Of a DNA stretch of 64,000 bases, positions 35,641-49,404 are shown piece by piece; position 1 is the first letter of the stretch; each line of letters begins with the position of its first letter. The position numbers were made by a program, and so were the translations under genes. The notes below the pieces were generated by a model. The model was not told the DNA's origin. It was given only the letters and a program-made list of their open reading frames with translations, and searched no databases. This DNA is from Hamiltosporidium tvaerminnensis FI-OER-3-3 (lineage: Eukaryota > Fungi > Microsporidia). The stretch spans positions 558,001 through 622,000 of the forward strand of contig CM061254.1 in NCBI GenBank assembly GCA_022605425.2, in the 5' to 3' direction.

Positions 35641-35699
35641 ATACTAGATTAAATGTTAATATCCTAATGATCATATATCTGCATCTTGTTCACCCTTAT

Positions 35700-38330
35700 T
35701 ATTCTTATATATATCCGGCTTTGTTTGTAATCTTTTATAGAATCTTTGTCAAGGATTTTTTCACAGAGAAATGCGGGATTAAATGTTTGCGTTTTTTTTG
35801 TAAAATAAAAATCCACTTCTTACTTATCTTAAAAAAGCTACTAGTTTCGGATGTATTTCGACCTTTTCTTAAACACATATTGATACTTTCTATTAGCTCA
35901 CCTTGGCGTTTAATTTGAATCGAATAGTCTGCTTCAAATTAAATTTATTTGTTTCAGTGTGTCATTTTTCACTATCACTTAAAACCCGTGTCTTTTCAGT
36001 ATATATAAATATGTTATAAGATCATTTTATGGTATTGTAACAAACTGTGCAAAGTTATCACATATCGAATCTTCAAAAAAAACGAGGTACTCCTTCACTA
36101 ATAAATGATATTTCCTAAGCTTTTGGGTTTTAAAATATTCGAAATTGACTCCAGGAATGTATTTCTACATAATTGAGTGTTGGGTCATATTTTCTCTTAA
36201 ATACATCCATAAATCTGTTCGATTATTTAGAATATTGGTATAGTTTTTAATTCTGGTACATCTATTATTCTCATATAGTTTTTTTTACGAAGGTTTATGA
36301 CTAAGAGACTCCAAAATCTTATTTTGTATTTCAATTAGTACGAATTTAAAGAATTGAATGTAAAAATGTAACCAATACATCGTGTAGGATGATTAATTAC
36401 GCTAAATCATTTTATCACATCGTTTCTCGGAATTATTTACCGGTTTACCGGATTTTAGCAGCATTTCCATATTACTTTTATCTTGTGATGCAATTCTATT
36501 TTAGATACACTAAATCATTGTTTCATCTTGTGAACTTATTTCTTCTTTTAGTAGTTCTCATATAGAACTTCGTACCCTAAAAAGCTCACCTTTTCATGAA
36601 TTATATTCTTCAAATAAATTTTCGTAATACTCTACTAATTCATATGACTGTGCCAGTTCTGCTTCTTCTAAATTATTTAAAATTTTTTTCTTTTAATTTA
36701 AAGCCATTTTAAGAAGTCTTTTGGTGAAACAAGATGAATTATATTAATATAATCAAGATTGAAGATTTCTATTCCTCTGACGATACTTTTTTGCTTTTTC
36801 AGACAATTCAAGAGTTGTAAAGTATGTATTTGCTTAGCAAATCAACCCTCTTAAGATCTCACAAATCTTTTTATACATCAAAAGCAAACAAAATATTAAA
36901 TATAAGTAAGAAATGTATGTGCTTTTTAATCCCTGAATTACTTAAAAACAATAAATTGATATAAATTTGAAGAAATGTAAAATAAAGTAGTTAGAATAAA
37001 TAAATTTAAATATAAAAAAAATTAAAAATTTCGATGATTTTGGATTCACGTCTCGATGCATCGATAAAATTAATTTTAACCACGAAACACTCTTCTTAAG
37101 GTTTAAAGCGCCCAGAATATTAACCAACGCGCTCCAAGAAAGTCCAATTATTTTTTTCAAAAAATGATTCGGATTTTTTATTCTTGCTATTTTTGTTTAA
37201 TTAAAGCCTTTTGTGATAATAACAGGGTCTTATGAAAACGAACTCAGTTTTTATATACGAAAAATGCGTATCTCGTTTTTTATAGGAAAATTTGTTCTAC
37301 AACTTTAGATTTATTACGATTTTCTATACTAGTTCTGATATTTTCAAAGGCATACGAGTTGTAATATAGTAGTTCTACTGCAAATTTATTATTCACTCTT
37401 TCACAATTATCATTGCCGGAATTATAAGTTTAGATTGGATGGTTATTATCAGAGGTAATAATTTTTGAAATTATCGATTTTGTTCTACTGTTTAGTAAAA
37501 AATTCACCTGTTAAATCCATCTCTGTATTTTACGATGCGCATTTAAAGGAACAAATTGCACTATTTCGTGATATATTTTACTTAACCATGTCTTTTTTGT
37601 GTGTTGAAAAACTTATTTTACTATCAAATTTTTAATGTTGTTCAAGAGCAACTGATTGATGATTTCGTAGCGTGAAATGCCCTCGAGTATTCAAATGGGA
37701 AATCCGATCATATATAAATTTAATATATATATGTCTACACACAAACAATGCATATATTTATTCCAAACCTATATCATATCAATGGAATGCTATATTATGA
37801 GTCTTAATTTTATAAACCCATCCGCAAATTCTGTCTACACTGGTGCTTCAAAAACCACTTAGCATGTATATAAATGGCAACAAGAAATTTCAATATATTT
37901 TGTTCGATTCCTTATATTTTCTTAGGTCTATAAAATCCCTCTCGGGGATTACCAAAGCCTCTTTGCTGTTATATTTAAAGGTTATTATATGGTTATAAAG
38001 ACGAAAAATTTAGTAAGCTTCACATGTAGACAGATATTTCGTATTCTTTACTGTTTTTCTCATCTAACTACTCGAGATCGAATCAGAGAAAACTTTCATT
38101 CGCCTCCGATATATATTTAAAGTAATATTCTTTTATATCGTTGAAATTTTCAGCACTGATAGTTTTTATTCTCGATTAATATTCTTACTCTAAGAATTTC
38201 CTCCTACTAGATGAAATTGCTTTGCTTCATTTCTTAAATTATAATTTTCCAACGTTCTACACTCAGATTTCACAGTACTATTTTCAGATGGCGTTCGATT
38301 TCTTACATGTTTTCAATGTAAATTTTTTTC
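35700..38330 (-). pseudogene. Decayed LRR-like family gene
   Basis: Fragments such as ORF 36942-37160 resemble the composition and spacing of the 49.4-51.8 kb protein. Many stops. Confidence 0.4.
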
Positions 38331-38407
38331 TCCAAGTGGAATAAAAATTTCAAAAATAATTTTTTTAGTCCGTTTAATTTATTTCCGACCTATATTTGCA
38401 TATAAAT

Positions 38408-41400
38408 ATTTTATTTTGCCCCATGGGTAGAAAGAAAAATGTTAGCAGCGAAATATCGAAAAATACCAAAATAAAGGCTGCAAACGACGCTGATGAGGTG
38501 AAAAAGAGTGATAGTGAGATACAGAAATGTAAGCTACACCCACCGGCGATTCCCTTACCTTCCTCCTCCTACACAACAATAACACCTCCACCACCAAGCC
38601 AAACATGCAGTAAAATGCAAAATAGTGGGCTTGACACCTTACCTTCGCCTAATGCACCAGTTCCCTCTTCGGTTGAAGTCTCTGCGTGCGAGCCATCGTA
38701 CGACATGACAAGCCCCTGTACTCTAGCTATTCCGGAAGGTAACAGGCTAATGACATTGCGGACGATATTCGATTCCGTAACAGCCGACCCGAAGGAATGG
38801 CCTCGAATTGTTTTTTTTGCAGTACAGACAAGGTTTGAAAGAATGCCAAGAAATGGCTGGACAGAGCTTCACAGGTACTATAATGAGAAATTCGGCTGCA
38901 CTGAAACTCTCGAAGTGTTAAAAAAATTGGCACAAAGTGAGATGGGAAAGGATGTAAAATCAGAAGAGAATGGAGAGCGACGTAGAATCGCCACTTGTCT
39001 CGCTGATACATGCACCTTGACCGACACCACGGAGTACATAAACCTGAGAGATAAATTCTTGAGTAAAATCAAAGAAATCTCTGAGAACGAAATTGGAAAA
39101 GTGGTGGTCCGAACTAGAAAACATCCAAATGAATTGGTTGATAGTAAAGTTCTGGATCTCATAAATCGAGTAGTCGGTGAATATGCAGGAGCTCATGTAC
39201 CTGAGTCAATTACGGAAGCCGCGTATATCATGCAAGCTGCGCAGGTATGCTATGACGAGGCAACACGCAAAGAAAAGCCTAGATCCGCTTGGAAGGAAAA
39301 CATAGAAAGTAAAATTTCTAAGTTAGTACTCTCCAAAGATCTTCTCGAGAAGGCTCGTAAGCAGGAAAAGCTCTCCACTTCGGAAACGAAGAGCCTTAAG
39401 AAAATCATGCGAGAGTTTAATTTAAACTTGAGCAGTGTAACTGATCTTTCTGAGGCTTTAGTTAAGAAGAATGAGTCTTTGAATGTTTACGAGAAAAAAA
39501 TTACGATGCATGAAAGTAGGAAGCAATTCCGAAAAGAGAATCGTATGTTTGAGCTTTTCCGAGGTCGATTTTATCGTGGGTTATCCGAGCGTGTGGAATC
39601 CGAGCATGTGGTTAGCCGTGATGAAATTGTGAGTTTTTGGTCTACAATATGGAACAAAAATGATGACACAGTCACGTACGATGATTATTTGATTCCATTT
39701 GTATCAGATAATCATCCGACCACGTTTCCTTCACTTGATGAATTTGTGAATATCATTAATTGGCTCCCTAATTGGAAAGCTGCTGGAATTGATGGTATTT
39801 ACAATTTTTTCATTAAGAAACTTACAACTCTTCACAAATATCTTTATGATATTGTGAAAGTTATATGTTTAGAAGGAACACCTCAAGCTGATTGGTTTTA
39901 CTGCGGGCTTACGTATTTGATACCGAAAGGAATTCCACGAAGAGGCTCTGACTACAGGCCAATCACTTGTATGTCCAACCTCTATAAGTTAACGACAAAG
40001 TGTGTAACGAAAGTCGTTCAACTTGAAGTGGCAAGGCGAGGGTTGCTTGCAGAGAACAGATTAGGGGGGGGGGTAAGAGGTGTGCAGGGAGCGAAAGAGC
40101 AGGCTCTACTGAATATTGCCTTAAATAAAGAGCTGGAAATAATCTTAAGGCAACATGGATTGATGTTAAAAAAGCTTATGATTCAATAGATCATGCTTAT
40201 TTAACTCAATGCATTGAAAACCTTAATTTACCTGATTGGATCCTGAAATTTATTAAGGTAATTATATCAAAATGGAAAATTGATATATCAGTAGGGCCTG
40301 AAAAAATCATGAGCAAGAAGATTGATAGAGGGATTCTACAAGGAGATAGTCTGTCACCTTTGTTATTTGTGTTGTGTATGGTTCCATTAAGCCGAAAGCT
40401 TAATGAAAAATACACAAAAGTGACAGTACAAACAGATGCAGAATCCCATTCTACTAATCATCTCTTGTTTATTGATGATCTTAAGCTCCTTGCAAAAGAC
40501 AGCTCCACATTGAGTGCTATGACAGGCGAGGCAAAGGAATTTTTAGAGGTGATTGGCTTAGAGATTAACAAAGAGAAGTCAGCCACAAATGATACGTGTT
40601 GTGAAGATACTGCTACTCTTCTAGAAGGTGTTAGTGTTTACAAATATTTAGGAATAATAGAAGATAGCAGAGGAATCCCAACACGTAGCTCATTTGAAGA
40701 AGTACAGAGCAAACTTATATCAAGAGTTGAAAGACTTTGTCACACTAGATTAAATGCAAAAAATTTATTTTCTGCAATCAATCAACATGCGATATCGTTA
40801 ATCAACTACCACATAGGAGTACTTCGACTTGAACCGGCTGACTTCTCTAAGTTAGATGATGCAGTGCGTGCGGTGTTGGTGAAGAATAAGATACATCTCC
40901 GCCCAGGATGTAAAGAGCGTTTATACCTTCCTAGAACAGAACTTGGAAGAGGCCTACATAGTGTTGAGTTGCGAAGCGAACATATGCTTCTGCAACTCTT
41001 GGATTGTCTGGAAAAAAGTAAAGAAATATCAACTAGACGAGCAGCAATCCTCAAGGTGGAGAATAATAATAAAACCCATCTTGCACTAATAAAAGGCTTC
41101 TTAAAAGTAAAGTACAGGTTGGTAGAAGAAGTCACTAAGAAAAGTTTAGAAGAAGCTCAACTTGCAAAACTATATAACGAAATAGAAAAACGAAAACTCC
41201 ATTCAAAGTTATATAATGCAAGAAAAAATGAGCTTGTGAGTGTTAGTGACTCTTCAAGGTGGTTAAAGAGAGGAAATATTAGGCCACGAAATGAAGCTGT
41301 GTTCTGCTATATCCAGGATAGAAATGTATTCTGGGGAGCAGATGGTGTGTGTCAACATTGCGGGAAGTCTGGTAAGACTGTGGATCATCTAGCTACTAGA

Positions 41401-42240
41401 TGCGAAAAAATGCTAGGCCATGATTACACTAGACGGCATAATGAAGTGGTCAGATGCCTACACCTTCTTCTTCTAAATAGATATAAGTTTAAGTCTTCAA
41501 AACGAATAAGGAGCCACTCAGTTCAAGAAATTCTTGATAATGAGTATGCAGAGATAAGAGTGGACACCAGAATTAAAACTGATGTTAAAATTCGGAATAA
41601 CAGACCGGACATATTTATTTTAGATAAGAAGAAGAATAAGATAACACTCATTGAAGTAGGAATCACTTCCCAAGATTCACTTCAAATAGTTGAAACTGAA
41701 AAACTTAGGAAGTATGACCTGCTAGCCAATGAGTTGGGTCTTATTTATAGGTGTAGTGTTGAGATAATCCCCTATGTGATGACCTGGGACGGTATTGTGA
41801 CAAAATACCATAAAGCTCATCTTAAAAGACTAGAAATACCCATGTATGTAGAGGCATACATTCAGTCTATAGTACTTAAGAAGACAGTCGAAACTATTTC
41901 CTTTGATCGACGAAGAGGACTTGAGTCAGGACTAAATGCCGAAGAGAGCTGGGAGAGAGCGTCAATGGGTGTTATTATGAGATCAGAGATGCATGAGGAA
42001 CCAATACCCCCTTTAAAAGAAGCGAAAACAGAGGAAGATGGTGCCAAAAATTTTAAACCAAAATATAAAGCCCCCTTTATTTTACAAGGAGGAACCACTT
42101 TAGAGGAACCGACCAATAACATAAATGAAGAGTCGGATTTGGAAGAAGAGACAAAAGTGGTCAAAGAGGTAGAAGAAAACATGTAAAAATGGTAAAAAAT
42201 ATTTTAACCCAGAATTTAATTAAATAAATTATTTTGCCCC
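38408..42240 (+). mobile_element. Non-LTR retrotransposon with RT and restriction-like endonuclease (R4/Dong-like), apparently full length
   Basis: RT motifs WKAAGIDG, DYRPITC, WIDVKKAYDS, GILQGDSLSP, FIDD and YKYLG. CCHC finger CQHC...H....C, then RHN, RPD..., IEVG and K..KY. Terminal TTATTTTGCCCC at both ends; possible TSD TATAAAT. Confidence 0.92.
38423..42186 (+). pseudogene. Single RT-RLE polyprotein ORF interrupted by one frameshift near 40133
   Basis: ORFs 38396-40189 and 40309-42186 join if one base is added in AAAGAGCTGGAAAT, restoring KE.GNNLKATWIDVKKAYDSIDH. ATG at 38423 follows CCCC. Confidence 0.85.
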
Positions 42241-42429
42241 TATAAATTTATCATTTGATGTTGGGAATTTTTCAGAAAATTTTATCTTTATTTCTATTTA
42301 AGTAAGGGATAAAATGTTTTATCAAATAAATACAATAATTGTTATAGAAATATTTATGAATCAGAATTTGAGCTAATGTTGAAGACAAAAATTTTATTTT
42401 AAGTCTTTCAAGCTTCAATCAACATTTTA

Positions 42430-44700
42430 AGGATAGGTTTCAATTTATTTTATTTAAATAATTAAATAGTTTCTTCTGATAAATCATCGCGTAATTATAA
42501 TATTTAAGTTCGACAAATTTTTTTTTTAAAAAAATTATGAACCATGTAAGTTTAGATGGTTTAGATTATTGCAGCTCAAAATTCGAGTTTTTTAATTTGT
42601 TTAAATTGCAAAAAGTTGTAATCTCGTAAAAAAGCTTTGTTTCAAGAACTCTAATTTTTTTATGATATATTCATGTAAATCATAAAACAATTCTGAAAAA
42701 TAAATATCTTAAAAATTGTTTCTATAAATAATTAATTCTTTCAAAAATTTTTTTACCAAATACTTTTACATTTTATTTATAAATATAAAAATCACATATA
42801 CAATTTCTTAACTTCTTGAATATATTTTCTACTTAAAACTTCAATGAAACCGAAGGGGACTCTTAATCGGAAATATAGTTCTCGGTAGCTGTAAAGTCTA
42901 AATTATGAATATTTTCATAAAGTTTTAATAAATTCAGCAAGTCTTTAATACTGTAAAGACATAATTTTGTAATATTTAACTCGAGTCACAGGACCGAAAA
43001 CTTCAAAGCATCGCTCGATTTAGAAAAAACTTTTACAAGATATCTCATCATAGTTATAATTGATATAAATTGATGATTTTATCACAATTTTTTGGGAGAA
43101 TTATATATTTGATAACTTGATTCTAATGCAAATGCTTTTATATGACATATATATTTCTGATTATCTAAGCCCTAAACTTTCAATTCTATTTAAATTTAAA
43201 ATGTCCATCCGAATTTTCTAATTTCCTAGCGATCTTTAATTTTAATTGCTTTTATTTTTTTTCCAAATACTATATTCAATCGTAATTTGTTCAACATTTT
43301 ATTTTTTTACTGGGCTTATAATATTATCTGTCGGAATCTTGGATTGGAACCCTTCTCTTGGAAAGAAAAGAACAATATAGTGAATCACAAGTATGGTCAT
43401 ATTTAATGATCTGCATCTTTCATTAGTTCTGCTTTGAGGTAGGCAGTATTGGTTACTTTCGTTTGGCCGTTGGTGCATCTATTTATATGAGTTAGAGATT
43501 TATTCAATTTAAATATTTTTTTTTTCTAAAAATTTCTATTCTAGTACTGTGAAAACATACACTTTATTTATAAAGCCACTTTATTTCTAATTTTATCTTC
43601 GTTGGGGATTTAGAACCGAAAATTATATCTTTTTCTAGTATTTTTTCATTGTGAATAATATATATTTCTTGTGAAAATTTCCAGATTTCTATTTGGATTA
43701 TTCTAAAATGTTTATTATTACATTAATATTTACTAAATCTTCGAGCTCATCAGCAGCATATTCCCTATTGAATCACTTTTTTCATAATATATAAATTCGT
43801 TTATCTGGTTTAAAAGAGTTTAAATTAAATTCCGTTTAATTTTGTATTATTTAAATCTTTCCATTTCTATTCTCTAAATTATAAATTTATATCTCTCGAT
43901 ATACTCGTTTTTTCAAATATCAATTAATAAAATACAATCTCATTAATTTCATTTTTAGATATTATGAAACAAAACTAAAAGCAACCACCCTTCGTCAGTA
44001 CAATTCATGGTAATACATTTTTTGTGTATTGAGTAGCAGTATAAATAAATTTTGACTCTTTCCGATATACAGCCACTTTACTATAGAAGAATTAATTAAA
44101 TTCTGTATTATCTACCAAATATACTTTCATTCTCTGTATATTAGCGTTGGTATCGATAAGAAAGATAACATGGTTATCATTAATAAAAAAATAGAAACTG
44201 AATTTGTTTGAGATTTAAATCTTAAAATACTACATAATATGGTTAAATAATTTATGTGAAAAGTGGTTCTGCTCTACGAAATGATACGAACTTTTTTGGT
44301 ATCGTAGGTATGGATTTCATTTAACTCTAGTAAATGTAAAAAATAAATTTTATCGCATTTCACAATATATTATCATATTTAACTCTAAAATATTCTAAAA
44401 AATCTAATATTTTGTAAAACTTGCCGATTATTATTTTATGATAGGACAAAAATTTCTAATAAACCTCACAAAAAATCAAGAGAGTAGAATTCTTATCGAT
44501 GAGTAAGAAATATTTTTTCCTATCTTGTCGTTCTATTTTTCGAATATATTAAATTATGAGTAAATTTTCATTAATTCTATAATATACTAATCATATTGAA
44601 GAATTCATCTACAAAAAAAAATTTTCGCCTGAAATTAATTTCCGCTATTTCATTCTCCCTATCTCCTTTGAGTTAGCTTATAAATGTAGTTTTTCATTAT
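42430..44700 (-). pseudogene. Decayed LRR-like gene, paralog of the copy at 59.0-61.2 kb
   Basis: Collinear nucleotide similarity: 42460-42720 with 59030-59310, and 44350-44660 with 60800-61120 (e.g. CAATATATTATCATATTTAACT.TAAAATATTCTAAAAAAT). Confidence 0.7.
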
Positions 44701-44759
44701 TGATTCTTTCAAACGAGCTAGGAACTATCATTTATGAGATTATCACCTAATCGTTTCAC

Positions 44760-47700
44760 TTACATACTGACTCATTCGCTTTACGTCCTATAAAGAGTGT
44801 TACCCTTATTTAATTATAAATTACACCTGTCAAGATAAAGCGCCAATCTTTTTCATTTGACTAAACCATGGTTACAAAGACATTCTTTAAAATATTATAG
44901 CCACCTAGTTTTAGAGGCGACCAAAAAAAATGACGTTCGTGATTAAGAATATACACCTTTGTAAAAGCTCTCTTTTCGGCAGCCGTTTAATATGATACAA
45001 CCATCAGAGTCTAGTTATCTACACGTCGTTTTCTATTCCTATCTTTTAATTTAAACGTTGCAACTCTACATTATAGCGAATTCCCCACACCTCCTGCTGG
45101 ATTTTAAGGTCCGGATATTCTTTGGAGACTATTTCGTTTTCATATGTCCAGTATTTTAGCATTTTTTGCTTTTAAGATGAAGAATTTCGCAGTCGTATAC
45201 CACTATAGTTCCAAAAATAGTCTTTTATATTGTTTTCTTACTTTTCACGCTTAAAAGTCGTGATTTTAAGATTTTTTGTAATTAAAATACGCATCATTTA
45301 CGACATTATTCATCCTTCATTGCCGTTCAATCGTCATCAATATTTTTAGAAGCACTCCTGGATTTTAAAAGAGTATATACAATCAAAGCAGCGTCTATCA
45401 TCTTAAAAATTTTAAAGGAATATTTTTTGGATTTTCCGAAGTCATGATCTATTTTGCTTCTTTTCAGTACTAAAAAAGCTGATTTTCCAATTATATTTTC
45501 GACCTTCTGTCATGAACACGAAAGTCGTTAACTTTTTTGCTATGTTATCTATGTCATCGGCATAACCTAAAAGGTGTCCTAATCTGTTGTACAGATATTC
45601 TTTGTGAAACACGAACTAACTTTTTTATGGCTCTTTAAATCGATATATTTTAAATCATACGGGGAATGACATGCTCTTTGTCTCAAATTATAGCATATTT
45701 TATAATTCTTCGAAATTTTTTCCTCTACACAAATTCTTCTCTTTAGCTTTTTAGAATCATTTAGATAAGACAAACGATTTTCCTTGGAATCCGCGATTCT
45801 TATGATTTTTATAAAGAATGGATTTAATAATGCAATAATTTATTTGTTTAAACCCAATAAAAACATAGTAAATGAACTGGTTATACTCGTAGAATTTTTT
45901 TGAAAGCAATTTGACCGTAAATATTATGTCAATTGTGGATCTTTTTCGTCTAAAAACTGCTCGGTATTAGCCGAGACTGCATTCTACATATGGTTCAATC
46001 CCTTTGCTATAACTTTAGCCAGTATTTTATAAGTGACATTTAGGTGTGATATTCCTTGTAATTTGAGCATATTAATTTCGAGCCGGTTTGTGAATGGCAC
46101 AAAAAAAGCCATATTCAATTCATTTCCATTCTTCTGTGTTTGCAAACAGGTAAGATTCGAGAATGAAATTCATCTAAAGCCTCTTTTATCTATACCTAAA
46201 TATCTCTGCTTGTTACGATCCTCACCAGTTGATTTTGAATTTTTCATGGAATTAATAGCCAACTAAATTTAAAAAGTTAGGGCTCTGGTGAATTCATGTT
46301 TTTTTTAGGTTTTGATAGAATATTTTAAGTATTTGTAAGATCTGGTCCCTTTTAATTTTGCATTGGCACGTTGTAAAGTCTTTCAAAATAGTCTGCTCAT
46401 AGATCCAAGATTTTTTTGCGATCTGTCACTTGCTCTCTATTTTATATCTGACCCAAAGTTCTTAGCCTGAAATCCCTTTCTTGTACCTTTAATCTCTGCA
46501 TATCTTTTGGGCGGTCGTTTATTTAATGATTTTCCTTTTATTTCTCGCATCTTTCTCAGATAAAATCTTATTTTTCTTTTCTTACCTAAATGGGATGCTT
46601 TCGTCCTAGTACTTATAAAAGTATATCTTTTTGTTGCGTTAGTCTATGTAACAGTAAATTTTTTGCTTGTTTTCGTGCGTAAACTACTATTTTGCATTCT
46701 TCATCATATCGATTTTATATGCGTCTGTGTTTTTTAAAGCCAAGTAATTACTCTGCCATCTTTAGTTTTAATTTTTTAATATTTCTCGGGTTTTTTCGAT
46801 CTCTTCGTTATCGTTACTTCTTCCTATTTCTTCAAACGAATTTATACTATTTTGGAAACTTTTACCAAATAATTCTCTAACACCAGAAAATTTTGGTTTT
46901 TGGTAGTCAAATTTCTTGGCTTGTGATTTTTTTACTAAGCTAATTCTTGATTTTTTTGCTGAATTTGAGGATTTAAAGGTCGTGATCTTTATCAGCGTCT
47001 GCCCCTCAATATATTCTTACGTTTCTCACACTCGATAACTGTCTTAAACCTATCACAAAACGATCTATTTGATTAACTGTATGATTTGGCGAGTTCTACG
47101 TTACCTTATGTATGACTTTATGTGAAAACTTGTGACAGAGATAATTGTATTCTTGCTGATGAAAAACTTATTAGTCAGAACTCGTTTTCTTTTTTGCCTC
47201 TATGCAAGCTTTCTTATCAGATATGGGCATATAAGATCTTTCTTTATATACTTTGGCATATATGTCACCGAGTACTATATTTATGTCTTTCTTAGGTGAT
47301 TTATCATATGAACTCCCAAGCGAATCGTAAAAACTGCCTTTCTCTATGTATTTGTTTCTTCATTAGAGCATGTGCGAATAGATTTTTAGGTTTAAAAATA
47401 TTCTTTCGGATCTTATTCGATAGATTCTCTAATTTATTCCTAATAGATCTTTTACGGTATGCCCTAAATTGTTCTTTATAGGAAAAGCAGCTCCTAGCGT
47501 ATAGTATTTCTCGATTCCACTATATGAGGTTTATATTCTTTGTTTTGAGCATATCTGTTCTCTAATAACAAATTTCTTGCAGTGCTGTAATGTCTATTTT
47601 ATATTTTCTAAGTTCAGTTGTCAAAGTTTTAATGGTTTCGGCTTATGAAGTGTCCGCACATTTCTGTTCTCAATCTTTAGCTCATTTTCAGGATTTTTCC

Positions 47701-47760
47701 TTTTTATTTTTCTTTTTTTCGTAAATTTTATTTTTCGTTCAGTTTTGTCATCGTAAAGTT
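44760..47760 (-). mobile_element. Degenerate APE-RT LINE, RTE-like
   Basis: Minus-strand fragments in the correct order: NVRTL (~47660), IDITALQEI (~47590), VLGDIYAK (~47270), NQID (~47070), RGADADKDH (~47000), FRRKRSTID (~45945), LRQRACHSP (~45675), LLGYADDI (~45560). Confidence 0.8.
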
Positions 47761-47799
47761 TCTTCAATTCCCTAACCATTCTAGGAACAGAAGTGATAA

Positions 47800-48007
47800 G
47801 AAGTATTCCCTTATTATCGTAAGAGGCGACTTAAAGGGATCGGTCCTGCAGGTTAAGTTTGAAAGTAGGGCTAAAAACCCACCATATAAAACCATCTTGT
47901 TACGAAACCCGAAAAAAAATAATCCGCTGGAAAAAGATGCGTGGGCGGTATTGCTGTGAGCGATAAAGGCTTTTACCAGGCCATAGTGCCAAAGATGAAT
48001 GAATGAA
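47800..48007 (+). mobile_element. Short non-autonomous RTE-derived element (5' UTR motifs joined to a 3' tail)
   Basis: Hairpin TCCCTT...CGTAAGAGGCGA...AAGGGA, then GGTCCTGCAGGTT and GGGCTAAAAACCCACC..TAAAA...TGTTACGAAAC. It ends GGCCATAGTGCCAAAGAT(GAAT)n. The assignment relies on recalled RTE UTR patterns. Confidence 0.55.
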
Positions 48008-49404
48008 AACACCAATTAACAATGAGTCCAGTGATGATGAGAGAGAATGTTAAATAGACAGACCAAATAACTGCATATAGAAGATGAATAACATAATGAG
48101 AAAAATATCTATATAAAATAAGTTTTTTTTTATTTAAGCACACTATAATTGACAATATATGTAGTCTAAAATCATTATATCTTCATTTCGTCAATACGAA
48201 TTTAAAAATATAAATCTTTAGGTAAAGAGTCGTGTTTCACAAATAAATCAAACGCAAGTTACATGAAGATAAGAAAAATGGATGATATTTTTCATAGCTT
48301 GGCGCAAAAATGATAAGCTATATAGAATGACACTAAAAATATAAGCATTATATGTAAAGATTCCCACTCATTTCATTTAAATCTTCTACAATTAACCTTA
48401 ACAGGCATATGATATACTCATTGACTCTATCGATTAGTTGCCTTTCTTATACCGATATATTCTGTATAAGATATACTAAGTTCAAGCATTACTATTCCGT
48501 TTATATTCCTTTACTTCGGCAAAATACAATTCGTGTAAAATCAAATTTAACCAGCTTGTAAAACCTCCTTTAATATCTTGGACTAAATACGGATAAACCG
48601 AAGTTATACGACAATAATATAAAATAACTAAATTTGATGCATGAAAAATACAAAAAGGCAGAGTATGTTAAACTTTGAAGATCTTTAATATCAGAATTTG
48701 CTGAAAATTTTCTAAACTTAAAAGAAGAAAAGCTAGACTTTTTTTACAATTTTTTTCCCAACTGTTTGCACGATATGATACTTCTTGTTTATATATTCTA
48801 TAAAAATGGGTTTTCTTCCAATATTTAATCTTTTTAAATAACATAAAATATTCACAATGTAAGAACATGGTTTCTCTAATTATAAAGACATATAGAGGTA
48901 GTATTTTGATTTTCTTGGAATCTTAGGAAAAAAAATTGTTTACAATGGATTTTCAATACTCTAAAACAATTTCCTAGAAATTATGCGAGTATTTAAAAAA
49001 TCGGAATCACAAAATCAAACATCTTAGAAAATAAAATATACATATAAACTTATGGAAAAAAAACACAAAGATTCAGATTAAATTTCATTTTAAGGTATGA
49101 ATTTGTGATAGCAAAATTAAGAGTATATGGAGATCAAATGAAGCGTCTGGGCATATTATAGGATAAAAATTTAATTATTTTCCTCATATATCATATAGAA
49201 CAATTCTTGATTTTTATATATAAATCAATTTAAATCTTACGGTTATACGATAGTATTTTTTTAAAAATAAAGACAAATTATTTCTAAGACTGTAGAATAA
49301 AAATAAACACTAAAGAATAAATATATTTGTTAAATATTTTAGAGAACTTTAATTTTCCATGAAATTCATATCTTGAACAAAAATACAAACTAAAATCTAA
49401 TGAT

